From positions 1 through 54,419 of IMG/VR virus record IMGVR_UViG_3300037590_000132: DNA of 54,419 nucleotides; one strand, given 5' to 3'. Origin of the DNA: a virus (lineage: Duplodnaviria > Caudoviricetes). The notes under the pieces were generated by a model. The model did not search any database. It was given only the letters and a program-made list of their open reading frames with translations, and was not told the DNA's origin. Below, in pieces: positions 46,248-54,419 of this stretch (the first letter of the stretch is position 1; every line of letters begins with the position of its first letter). A program made the translations under genes and the position numbers.

Positions 46248-48829
46248 CTGCTGCGACCACCACTGACACTTCCACCGCCTACAACGACTTCCTGCTATCA
46301 AAGGCACCGGTTGCCGTTGCCACGGGTTTCGAGCCGCCAACGAAGCCGCATCGGTCGCTGAAGCCTCATCAAGTGGACATTGCAACCTGGATGATCCGCC
46401 AAGGACAAGCTGCCGCGTTCGCGTCGTTTGGATTGGGAAAGACTCGCATTCAATTGCAGGTCGCCAAATGGGTTCGCCAAAAAACCGGTCAGAAGGTTTT
46501 GTTCATCGCACCTCTGGGCGTCCGCCAGGAGTTCACCCGCAACGACGGTCCAGCGATGGGCATGAAGGTCGAGTATTGCCGCAATGACGCGGAGATCGCG
46601 AAAGCGAGAACATCGTTCATCATCACCAACTATGAACGGGTTCGCGACGGTCAAATCGACGTTTCGCAGTTCGCGGCCGTGCTGATGGACGAAGCCTCTT
46701 GCTTGCGAAACTACGGCACCAAAACGTCGCAGATGTTCGTGCAACTTTTCGCCGACACGCCTTATAAGTTTCTAGCTACCGCAACACCCTGCCCGAACGA
46801 TTTTATCGAACTGATCAACTACGCCGACTTCCTTGGTGTGATGGACCGCGGCCAAAGTATGACCCGCTGGTTCCAACGAGACAGCGAAGAAGCTGGCAAC
46901 TTGACGCTCTATCCGCATGAAGAAGAACGGTTCTGGTTGTGGGTCGCGACTTGGGGGCTGTTTGTCTCACGACCATCCGACCTGGGGCACGATGACGAAG
47001 GCTATTCACTGCCAAGGTTGAACGTTCACTGGCATCCGATCACCACGTCTTACAAGCGTGCAGTGGAAGAAGTCGACAAACGAAACGGACAGCGTCGACT
47101 GATTCCGAAGACTTCTGGCGGTATTCAACAAGTCGCCAAGGAGCGAAAACATACCGTCGACGACCGCATCGCTGAGGCAAAACGCATCATCGAGCAACAT
47201 CCTGACGACCATTGGCTGGTTTGGCACTACTTAGAATCAGAGCGTCATGCGATCTGCAAAGCGATCCCCGAAGCCGTCGCGGTCTACGGTTCGCAAAATC
47301 TAGAAGATCGTGAACAGCAAATCATCGACTTCTCAAACGGGAAGATTCGGGTGCTGGCACCAAAGCCTGAAATCGCTGGTTCGGGGTGCAACTTCCAAAG
47401 GCACTGTCACCGGGCAATTTTTGTTGGGCCGACCGACAAGTTCAACGACTTCATTCAGGCCGTTCATCGCATCTATCGGTTCCTGCAAGACAGTCCGGTG
47501 GAAGTCCACATCGTGCACACGGACACCCAGTCGGAAACCGTCACGATCATGAAACGAAAGTGGCGGCAACACGACGAGCTTACGGACCGAATGCAACAAA
47601 TCATCCGCACTCACGGTCTGAATCAATCTGGTATCGAGAAAAGGTTAAAGCGAATGAGCGGTGTCAAGCGTCAAGAAGTCACTGGAAACAATTTCCGTGC
47701 AATCCACAACGACTGCGTGGTGGAAATGCAAGACTTCGCCGATGACTCGATCGATCAGATTGTGACGTCGATTCCGTTCTCGGATCACTACGAATACTCG
47801 CCCAACTTCAACGACTTCGGCCACAACAACGGCGATGTCGGCTTTTTTGAACAATTCGACTTCTTGGTTCCGCAACTGAAACGAGTCCTTAAACCTGGCA
47901 GGGTCGCCTGCATCCACACGAAGGATCGCATCGAGTATGGCACCATGACGGGCAACGCGATGTACAGCGTCAACGAGTTCAGCGACAAAACCGTCGCCGC
48001 ATTCAAACGTCATGGTCTGATCTATATGGGCCGGATCGTCATCGACACTGACGTCGTTCGTGAAAACGCTCAAACTTATCGCCTTGGTCACACCGAAAAC
48101 GCCAAAGACTCGACCAAGATGGGTTGCGGATCGACAGAATTCGTTTTGCTGTTTCGCAAGTGGCAGCCATCGTATTCGCCAAACGAAACCGCCAACGGCC
48201 CGGATCCAGTCACCAAGGACAAATCAGTCTATGGGCGGGGAGCCTGGCAAATCGACGCTTCGGGCGTCTGCCGTTCCAAGGGCGATGAGCTTCTATCGCC
48301 AGCCATGATAGCGAACATGTCGGTCAGCAGCATCTACGCATGGTGGCGTGATCATTGCGAAAAAAACGGATACGACTACCCAACACACTTGCAGTTCACG
48401 GAAGCCTGCGAAGCCGCGGGCAAGCTTCCCGCATCAATGATGTTGTTTTCACCATCGGGTCATGACCCAAACGTCTGGACTGACATTCTTCGGTTCAAAA
48501 CGCTCAACAGCGAACTTCGCAAGAAGACGACGGAGAACCACATTTGTCCGCTTCAGTTGGACGTCATCGAACGACTGATCCGACGATACAGCAACGAAGG
48601 CGAAACGATTCTGGATCCGTTCGGCGGTCTGATGTCGGTTCCCTACCAAGCCATCCAGATGGGCCGCAAAGGGGTCGGTATCGAACTGTCAGAGCAGTAC
48701 TGGAACTTCGGTGTTCGGTTTTGCCAAAGGATCGAACGCGAACAAAACACACCGACTCTTTTTGACTGGATTGAATCCCAAGAAAACGATGCATCACAAC
48801 CCAAATCGCTAGCGAGGACTGCGGAATGA
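46244..48829 (+). CDS. SNF2-type helicase fused to an N4/N6 DNA methyltransferase
   Basis: FGLGKT, DEAS, ATATPCPND, QAVHRIYRF; VTSIPF, HICPLQLD, LDPFGG. Confidence 0.9.
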   Translation: MTAATTTDTSTAYNDFLLSKAPVAVATGFEPPTKPHRSLKPHQVDIATWMIRQGQAAAFASFGLGKTRIQLQVAKWVRQKTGQKVLFIAPLGVRQEFTRNDGPAMGMKVEYCRNDAEIAKARTSFIITNYERVRDGQIDVSQFAAVLMDEASCLRNYGTKTSQMFVQLFADTPYKFLATATPCPNDFIELINYADFLGVMDRGQSMTRWFQRDSEEAGNLTLYPHEEERFWLWVATWGLFVSRPSDLGHDDEGYSLPRLNVHWHPITTSYKRAVEEVDKRNGQRRLIPKTSGGIQQVAKERKHTVDDRIAEAKRIIEQHPDDHWLVWHYLESERHAICKAIPEAVAVYGSQNLEDREQQIIDFSNGKIRVLAPKPEIAGSGCNFQRHCHRAIFVGPTDKFNDFIQAVHRIYRFLQDSPVEVHIVHTDTQSETVTIMKRKWRQHDELTDRMQQIIRTHGLNQSGIEKRLKRMSGVKRQEVTGNNFRAIHNDCVVEMQDFADDSIDQIVTSIPFSDHYEYSPNFNDFGHNNGDVGFFEQFDFLVPQLKRVLKPGRVACIHTKDRIEYGTMTGNAMYSVNEFSDKTVAAFKRHGLIYMGRIVIDTDVVRENAQTYRLGHTENAKDSTKMGCGSTEFVLLFRKWQPSYSPNETANGPDPVTKDKSVYGRGAWQIDASGVCRSKGDELLSPAMIANMSVSSIYAWWRDHCEKNGYDYPTHLQFTEACEAAGKLPASMMLFSPSGHDPNVWTDILRFKTLNSELRKKTTENHICPLQLDVIERLIRRYSNEGETILDPFGGLMSVPYQAIQMGRKGVGIELSEQYWNFGVRFCQRIEREQNTPTLFDWIESQENDASQPKSLARTAE

Positions 48830-49938
48830 ACATCGACATTGATACCGAACAATTTGCAGTGGAATTCCAGCAGGCGACCGCTTTCGCTTCGGCCAGGTCA
48901 CCTCGTGAGGTACTGCAAAACATTCACATTGTCGTGAATCCTGATGGCATGTTCCTCAACGCTACCGATGGTTTTCATTCGGTCCGCATCAAGTCATCTG
49001 CCCTGACCGAAACGCACGACACGGGGCAGCTTTTGATTCCAATCGAACGTGGCGGAAAGATGTTTCGTGAATTGACTGGCAACGCCAATATCGTGGTCGG
49101 CGAGAAGTCAGCCAAAGTCGACGGTGATGGATGCTCGTTCAGTTTTCCAACGGCGAATCCTGATGAATTCCCATCGGTTGAAACCAAAGAGCCCCGCTCG
49201 CATGTTGAGATACCGGCTGGCGTTCTCTCGCGAATGATCAAGGAGACTGTCTACGCGTGCGACGATGGCGACTCTCGCTATGCACTTGGCGGTGTGTCGT
49301 TCGAACATGACGGCGAAAAACTGTTGATGGTGGCAACCGACGGCCGTCGAATGTCGAAGTCGGAATATCACTGCCAGGGAAAGGACGACTCACTGTCCAA
49401 CGGAACCACGATCGTCCCCAGTCGTTCACTTCAATCGATCGCTCGGTTGCTCGCCAAAAGTGAATCCATTGCAAGGTTAGCGGCACCGCTCAACACGATC
49501 ACGATCGATTGCGGGCCAATCATGGTTTCAGTGCGACTCATTGATGGACGATTTCCGAACTGGCGACAGATCGAAGCGAATCGGATCAACGGGCATCAAG
49601 CGACGATCAACATCGGCGAGCTGCACCGATCCGTTCGTCGAGCTGCGGTGGTGACGGACATCGATTCACGTGGCATTGACTTTGAGTTTTCGAGCGACGG
49701 TCTGACGGTAATGGGCCAGGGCGAGAGTTCCGGCGAATCAAACGCCAATACCAACTTGCTTTGGAACAGCGAGACCATCGTCGTCACGCTCGACAATGCG
49801 TTTGTGAGCGACTTTTGTCGGTCGGTTGATCCCGAATCAGAGGTCACGATCGAAGTGGCCAGCGGGAAGGCTCCTGTCTACCTGAGCAATGACGAGGGAT
49901 TGCTACACATGATTCAGTGCATGGCAAGGAATCGATGA
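48826..49938 (+). CDS. dnaN: DNA polymerase III beta sliding clamp homologue
   Basis: ATD, DEFP, SRYALGGV, VATDGRR, RLIDGRFP.W. Confidence 0.9.
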   Translation: MNIDIDTEQFAVEFQQATAFASARSPREVLQNIHIVVNPDGMFLNATDGFHSVRIKSSALTETHDTGQLLIPIERGGKMFRELTGNANIVVGEKSAKVDGDGCSFSFPTANPDEFPSVETKEPRSHVEIPAGVLSRMIKETVYACDDGDSRYALGGVSFEHDGEKLLMVATDGRRMSKSEYHCQGKDDSLSNGTTIVPSRSLQSIARLLAKSESIARLAAPLNTITIDCGPIMVSVRLIDGRFPNWRQIEANRINGHQATINIGELHRSVRRAAVVTDIDSRGIDFEFSSDGLTVMGQGESSGESNANTNLLWNSETIVVTLDNAFVSDFCRSVDPESEVTIEVASGKAPVYLSNDEGLLHMIQCMARNR

Positions 49939-50005
49939 AAGGCAACACCAAAGAAACGAATGACAGAAAGAGGGCGTCTGTGACATTGATCAAAGGATAT
50001 TCGAA

Positions 50006-50815
50006 ATGGTGATGGATTCTCGATTCGCCGAACTTCGCGAGCACTTTCAAATCAATTCGCCGGAAGACTGGCAATCGGTCCGCCCCGAGTTCGTGACGGC
50101 GATTCCCAACGTCGGACCGCAAACACTGAATCAGCTTCGACTGATCCTGGCAAACCAAGGAATAACGCTGAAGGATGACCAGACGCCGGCATTCTGGCAG
50201 GCAAATTTGCCCGCGATGCAAGGTCCGTCGCAAGTCGCCGACAATCAAAACGCAGTCGTCACGCCGTTCACGATTTTGATCGACAAGGCTGAGCAACTGC
50301 CGTTCACATTCGCTGGAATTCGATCTGATTCCGATCAGCGAAACCGTCCCCTGTTGGTCCAAACCGAACTGGCTCACTTGGGACCTTCGCACGGCGACTA
50401 CACCATCAAAGGCTTGGAGCATCACGTTCATGTCGAACGCAAAAGCCTATCGGATGTCCAAGGGACCGTTCTTGGATGGGGCCACCGTCGCGATCAGTTC
50501 AAGCGAACACTTGAATTCCTGGCAGAGATTGAATCATCAGCCATCATCGTCGAATGCGAAGAATGGACGGCGATTGAAAGCCTCGTCCCCCGCGGCAAAA
50601 AGTCGAAAGCGGAGATGCAGAAGATCTTCAGTCGACAAGTAGACGCGTGGCGAGACGATCACCGAGTCCCTTGGATCTTTTGTCGTTCGCGTCGAATGGC
50701 CGAGATCAAAACCTTCCGCTGGCTGTCACGATTTTATCGCCACCACATCGCCAAGTTGAAACAGGCCAACAAGCCAGCCATCGAACAACCAGAACATCAG
50801 TTTCCCGGCATCTGA
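50006..50815 (+). CDS. ERCC4/XPF-type nuclease
   Basis: IDKAEQLP, GDY, VERKSLSD. Confidence 0.8.
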   Translation: MVMDSRFAELREHFQINSPEDWQSVRPEFVTAIPNVGPQTLNQLRLILANQGITLKDDQTPAFWQANLPAMQGPSQVADNQNAVVTPFTILIDKAEQLPFTFAGIRSDSDQRNRPLLVQTELAHLGPSHGDYTIKGLEHHVHVERKSLSDVQGTVLGWGHRRDQFKRTLEFLAEIESSAIIVECEEWTAIESLVPRGKKSKAEMQKIFSRQVDAWRDDHRVPWIFCRSRRMAEIKTFRWLSRFYRHHIAKLKQANKPAIEQPEHQFPGI

Positions 50816-50853
50816 CCCGTCACCACCTTCCGCACCAAAACAAGGACACCACC

Positions 50854-52209
50854 ATGCGTCAATTGCAAACGCCCGAATCCATGCGTCCCGATCACATGGA
50901 ACCAATCCCACCATCGCAAAGCGACCAAACCCCACCTTTTGACGTGGACGATTCGACTATTAAACAAGCCAATCCAGAAAACAAATCGGATCCAAAACCC
51001 TCACCGCCAGTAGATGACAGTGACGCCCCGGGGCACCAAGAATTGCAGTTGCTTGACGCAATCTACAAACAAACCATTCGCGTTTCGATGCTGGGAATGG
51101 ACGAACGAAAGCTCGCCAATCAACTGGAGGAATTGCGAGCTGAGTTGACTGCTGCCAGAGAGATGAAATCGTCGCTGCTCAATGAATTGCCCGACACGTT
51201 GCTTCAACTTCGCGACGGAATCGTTCCTGACAGAACCAACGAGACGATCGGTGGTGATGACATTGATAAGACGGGCGAGGGTGAGTCTTTGGCAGAGAGC
51301 CAGCCAACGAAATCGATCCTGGACGACATTCCGCGACTTGGAAAGAAGAAAGCGGAAGCTCTCGCAGAGGCTTATCCAACACTGGCAGACCTAGAAAACG
51401 CCCGTGCTGATGCAGCCAAAGCGAACCAACACTTCGCCGACAAATTGCCATCGGGAATCGGGAAGAAAATTGCCGACGAACTGACCGATCGACTGATTGA
51501 CGCACTCGCTGGAAACAACATCTCCGCCAGTGAACAGGTCAAGCAGAACAGGCCAGCTGAACCTGCTGCTGACGAGTCGACTGTGGAAGCAGAAGAGCAT
51601 CAGTGGCTTGAATTCTTTGTCGAAGAGGTTCGAGAGGCCAACGATTTCGATAGCCATGAAGACCCCGATGCTTGGCGAGCCGGATACGACGCCTTTGAAT
51701 CAAACCTGTCCATCGAAAGCATCGATCATGATCAAGACGTTGATTCGAAAATGGATTGGGTGCGTGGCTGGTTGAATGCAGAGTCATTCGAAAAAGAAGC
51801 AGTCGCCGCTGCTGAAGCGGAAGAGAAGGAAGATGTTCAAGCCGAGTCTCTCCGCGAGACGGATTCAACTGGACCCGATGGCGACGTGGACGTCTACGAC
51901 GACATCGATGACGACGAAACCGAAAACGAGGAACTTGGCGACGATCAGCCAAAACAGACTGGGCCGAAGTCAGACGATCCACCAAGTGAAAAGAAAGTTG
52001 ACATCGAGGCACGGGAGGAATTCGCTGAGTTCGTTCGCGACAGTGACGAGACTCAATACACCCACGACAAACAATCCTGGCAATCTGGCTACGAAGCCTC
52101 CATTGATGAACAACCGCTCGAAGCCTGCCCCGGTTGGTACAGCGACGAACAAGAATCCGATTGGATTCGCGGATGGGTCGAAGGATCCAAGATCGGATCT
52201 GACCTGTAA
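50854..52209 (+). CDS. Acidic protein with HhH motifs and two Rmf-like GY...W..GW repeats
   Basis: IPRLGKKKAEAL and SGIGKKIA; AWRAGYDA...WVRGW and SWQSGYEA...CP...WIRGW. Confidence 0.6.
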   Translation: MRQLQTPESMRPDHMEPIPPSQSDQTPPFDVDDSTIKQANPENKSDPKPSPPVDDSDAPGHQELQLLDAIYKQTIRVSMLGMDERKLANQLEELRAELTAAREMKSSLLNELPDTLLQLRDGIVPDRTNETIGGDDIDKTGEGESLAESQPTKSILDDIPRLGKKKAEALAEAYPTLADLENARADAAKANQHFADKLPSGIGKKIADELTDRLIDALAGNNISASEQVKQNRPAEPAADESTVEAEEHQWLEFFVEEVREANDFDSHEDPDAWRAGYDAFESNLSIESIDHDQDVDSKMDWVRGWLNAESFEKEAVAAAEAEEKEDVQAESLRETDSTGPDGDVDVYDDIDDDETENEELGDDQPKQTGPKSDDPPSEKKVDIEAREEFAEFVRDSDETQYTHDKQSWQSGYEASIDEQPLEACPGWYSDEQESDWIRGWVEGSKIGSDL

Positions 52210-52245
52210 ACCAAAGCTGAATCGAGAACCAAAACCTCAGGGAGG

Positions 52246-52881
52246 ATGACTACGTTGAGCCGCTACGAACTGAATGATGTGAAGGCGGCTGCACGTGGTC
52301 ATTGGCCTGCGATCCTAAACCGCGTTGCTGCGATCGATGATGACTTTCTCGATGTCGGCCGGCACGGACCATGCCCCAAGTGTGGAGGAGACGATCGATG
52401 GAACTTCACCAACTTGAACGAAGATGGCGGTGCGATTTGCAATCAGTGCGACAAATTCGGAGACGGGTTTGCTGTCATCCAGTGGATGTGTGGAATCGGT
52501 TTCATTGAAGCATTGAAACGGGTCGGTGAATTCCTGGGAGTTCAACCCGTCGCCAGAAAACGACATAGCAAGAACAAGCAAGTCGACCCATTTCGAAACA
52601 TTGAATTCCAAGATCTCAGTGAGCCATCCGTCAACAAGATCATGGCGGTTTGGTGCTTGAAGAAACGAGTTAAACCAGATTCTGTTCGATCGCTCAATCC
52701 AAGAATCGCACGATACCGAAAACGCTACACCGTGATCGCCATCCCCGTTCATGGAAAGCAAGTCGATGACATCATTGGCTGGACCCTTTACGAAGCGTTC
52801 GGCGGCAACCTGCCGCTCTACAACCCAAAGACCAAAGAAACCGACTGGCTCAAAGTCAAAACCCTCAAACTAAAGGATTAA
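52246..52881 (+). CDS. Primase N-terminal part (zinc ribbon plus core)
   Basis: ARG.W..IL, HGPCPKCGGDDR, CNQC..GDGF; stops before the TOPRIM domain. Confidence 0.85.
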   Translation: MTTLSRYELNDVKAAARGHWPAILNRVAAIDDDFLDVGRHGPCPKCGGDDRWNFTNLNEDGGAICNQCDKFGDGFAVIQWMCGIGFIEALKRVGEFLGVQPVARKRHSKNKQVDPFRNIEFQDLSEPSVNKIMAVWCLKKRVKPDSVRSLNPRIARYRKRYTVIAIPVHGKQVDDIIGWTLYEAFGGNLPLYNPKTKETDWLKVKTLKLKD

Positions 52882-52883
52882 CC

Positions 52884-53762
52884 ATGCGTTCCTACCTCAA
52901 TCTTCTTCGCGACATCATCGACAACGGCGAACGCCACGACGATCGAACTGGCATCGGTACACGCTCTGTTTTCGGACGGCAGTGGCGGCACGATATGAGC
53001 GAAGGATTCCCCCTGCTCACGACCAAGAGAGTGCCGCTTCGTTGGGTGTTCGAAGAGTTGATGTGGTTTCTTCGCGGAGAAACAAACGAAACAGAATTGT
53101 CGGTGCATGGAGTCGACATCTGGAAAGAATGGGCGACTGCGGAAAAGTGTTCGCAGTTTGGCCGCCAGGAAGGTGACCTTGGGCCAATCTACGGTCATCT
53201 GTGGCGTCAGTTTGGATTGTCAGAAGCAACCAGTGAATCGTCCCCTGGATGCAACCCCGTCTCAGGCGTTGATCAGATCGCCAACCTCCTTCGCGATCTT
53301 GAAATCAACCCGAACAGTCGCCGGCTGATCGTCACTGGCTGGCATCCTCATTTGGCGACTCGTGTTGCCTTGCCACCATGCCATACGCTCTGGCAGTTGA
53401 AAGTTCATGTAGACAATTCACTGAGCTTGCAGCTTTACGCACGCTCAATCGATGTGTTTCTCGGGCTGCCCTTCAACATCGCCAGCTACGCGATGCTTCT
53501 GGAACTGATCGGGTGCGTGACCGAACGTCAAACCCGCGAACTGATCATCAGCTTTGGAGACTTGCATCTCTACAACAACCACATTGATCAAGCCAAAGAG
53601 CAGCTTTCCCGTGACCCGAAACCATTGCCGTTGATCTACCCATCCACCGATTTCCCTGGATCGGGAACCTCACTGGAAAACCTCCTGGCAGTGCGATGGG
53701 AACACATTCACCTGACCAGCTATGACCATCACCCCAAGATCGAAGCAGAGGTGGCGGTATGA
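52884..53762 (+). CDS. thyA: Thymidylate synthase
   Basis: DRTGIGT, FPLLTTK, LGPIYG..WR, LPPCH, RS.D.FLGLPFNIASY, DLHLY.NH. Confidence 0.97.
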   Translation: MRSYLNLLRDIIDNGERHDDRTGIGTRSVFGRQWRHDMSEGFPLLTTKRVPLRWVFEELMWFLRGETNETELSVHGVDIWKEWATAEKCSQFGRQEGDLGPIYGHLWRQFGLSEATSESSPGCNPVSGVDQIANLLRDLEINPNSRRLIVTGWHPHLATRVALPPCHTLWQLKVHVDNSLSLQLYARSIDVFLGLPFNIASYAMLLELIGCVTERQTRELIISFGDLHLYNNHIDQAKEQLSRDPKPLPLIYPSTDFPGSGTSLENLLAVRWEHIHLTSYDHHPKIEAEVAV

Positions 53763-54130
53763 AGTTTTCGGAATGCAATCACGATGATCCAAGAGCGGAT
53801 CCCAAGCGGCGACAGTTGGTTTGCGAAAAATGTGGTGCGACGCTGCCCGACGGAAAATTCAAATGGACACCACCTCCGGTGAAGGCCAACGTGTTCGATG
53901 TGCCAACAAAACCTGATCCGGTCAATCATCCGTCGCACTACACCTCTCATCCGTCCGGCATCGAAGCCATCCAGGTGTGCGAGCACTTCCCGTTTTCGAT
54001 CGGCAACGTCATCAAATACCTCTGGCGATCAGGACTCAAAGGAAACGCCATTGAAGACCTGAAAAAAGCCAGGTGGTACCTGGATCGAGAAATCACCAGG
54101 CGAGAACAGGAGGTGAAGAATGGCGACTGA
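53759..54130 (+). CDS. DUF3310 domain protein
   Basis: DPVNHPSHY, GNVIKYLWR, EDLKKARWYL. Confidence 0.9.
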   Translation: MKFSECNHDDPRADPKRRQLVCEKCGATLPDGKFKWTPPPVKANVFDVPTKPDPVNHPSHYTSHPSGIEAIQVCEHFPFSIGNVIKYLWRSGLKGNAIEDLKKARWYLDREITRREQEVKNGD

Positions 54131-54419
54131 ACTTCTCACCTTGGACGAAGCTGGAAAACGTCTTGGAATCAGTGCCGAAAGTGTTCGGCGATTGTGCAAG
54201 TCCGAAAAGTTGAAACACATTCGGCTCGGGCCTCGCAATTGGTGGTACCGAACAACGGAAGCCTGGATCGAAGAATTCATTCAGGCGAGCGCGGTCGGTG
54301 GTGATCTGGCAAGCCAACGAAAAGGAAAACCAGCCAAACCGAGTCGCTCTCGCCGAGCGACTGTCCCGCCATCCGATGAGACTTTCCGAGAACAGCTAAT
54401 CCGTCTTCGGAGCAGTTGA
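54120..54419 (+). CDS. Excisionase-like HTH_17 DNA-binding protein
   Basis: LLTLDEA..RLGIS...VRRL...L..IRLG...YR. Confidence 0.8.
   Translation: MATELLTLDEAGKRLGISAESVRRLCKSEKLKHIRLGPRNWWYRTTEAWIEEFIQASAVGGDLASQRKGKPAKPSRSRRATVPPSDETFREQLIRLRSS

Larger units (their letters stand above)
1..54419. mobile_element. Temperate phage/prophage region (ends probably outside the window)
   Basis: Contains terminase, portal, capsid, tail chaperone/tape measure, replication genes, recombinases and an excisionase-like gene. No att sites were seen. Confidence 0.95.

Noticed and set aside
1-54419. CRISPR array, diversity-generating retroelement, IS elements, rRNA
   Set aside because: No regularly spaced repeats, reverse transcriptase, transposase or rRNA-like sequence was seen.

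Overview
The window is most of a temperate, probably long-tailed phage or prophage. The host is inferred to be a planctomycete from the GYF_2 membrane proteins and the attC style. 1-28.1 kb is a minus-strand late region: an atypical putative lysis cassette with a papain-like protease, terminase, Mu-type portal, two esterases, a polyvalent protein, initiator tRNA-Met, protease/scaffold, capsid, gp36-like adaptor, tail tube, a frameshifted tail chaperone and a tape measure. 29-31 kb holds the C-terminal half of a P4-type primase-helicase. 31.1-39 kb is a leftward early arm with an integron integrase, a second tyrosine recombinase, MazG-like enzymes and a superinfection-immunity protein. 39.2-54.4 kb is a rightward replication arm (exonuclease, RecT-like, RecD2-like, SNF2-methylase, DnaN, ERCC4, primase N-terminal half, ThyA, excisionase-like). 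Three signals stand out. (1) A phage-borne integron: intI, a candidate attI and three attC cassettes whose genes are reversed, with two start codons inside attC loops. (2) A primase gene split across a ~21.9 kb segment whose inversion would rejoin the halves and restore a lambdoid layout. (3) A five-copy covarying RNA hairpin that overlaps four terminators and an RBS-hiding hairpin of the capsid gene, next to a small DUF2292-like gene; this is a candidate late antitermination system. All family calls come from reading motifs by eye, not from database searches.
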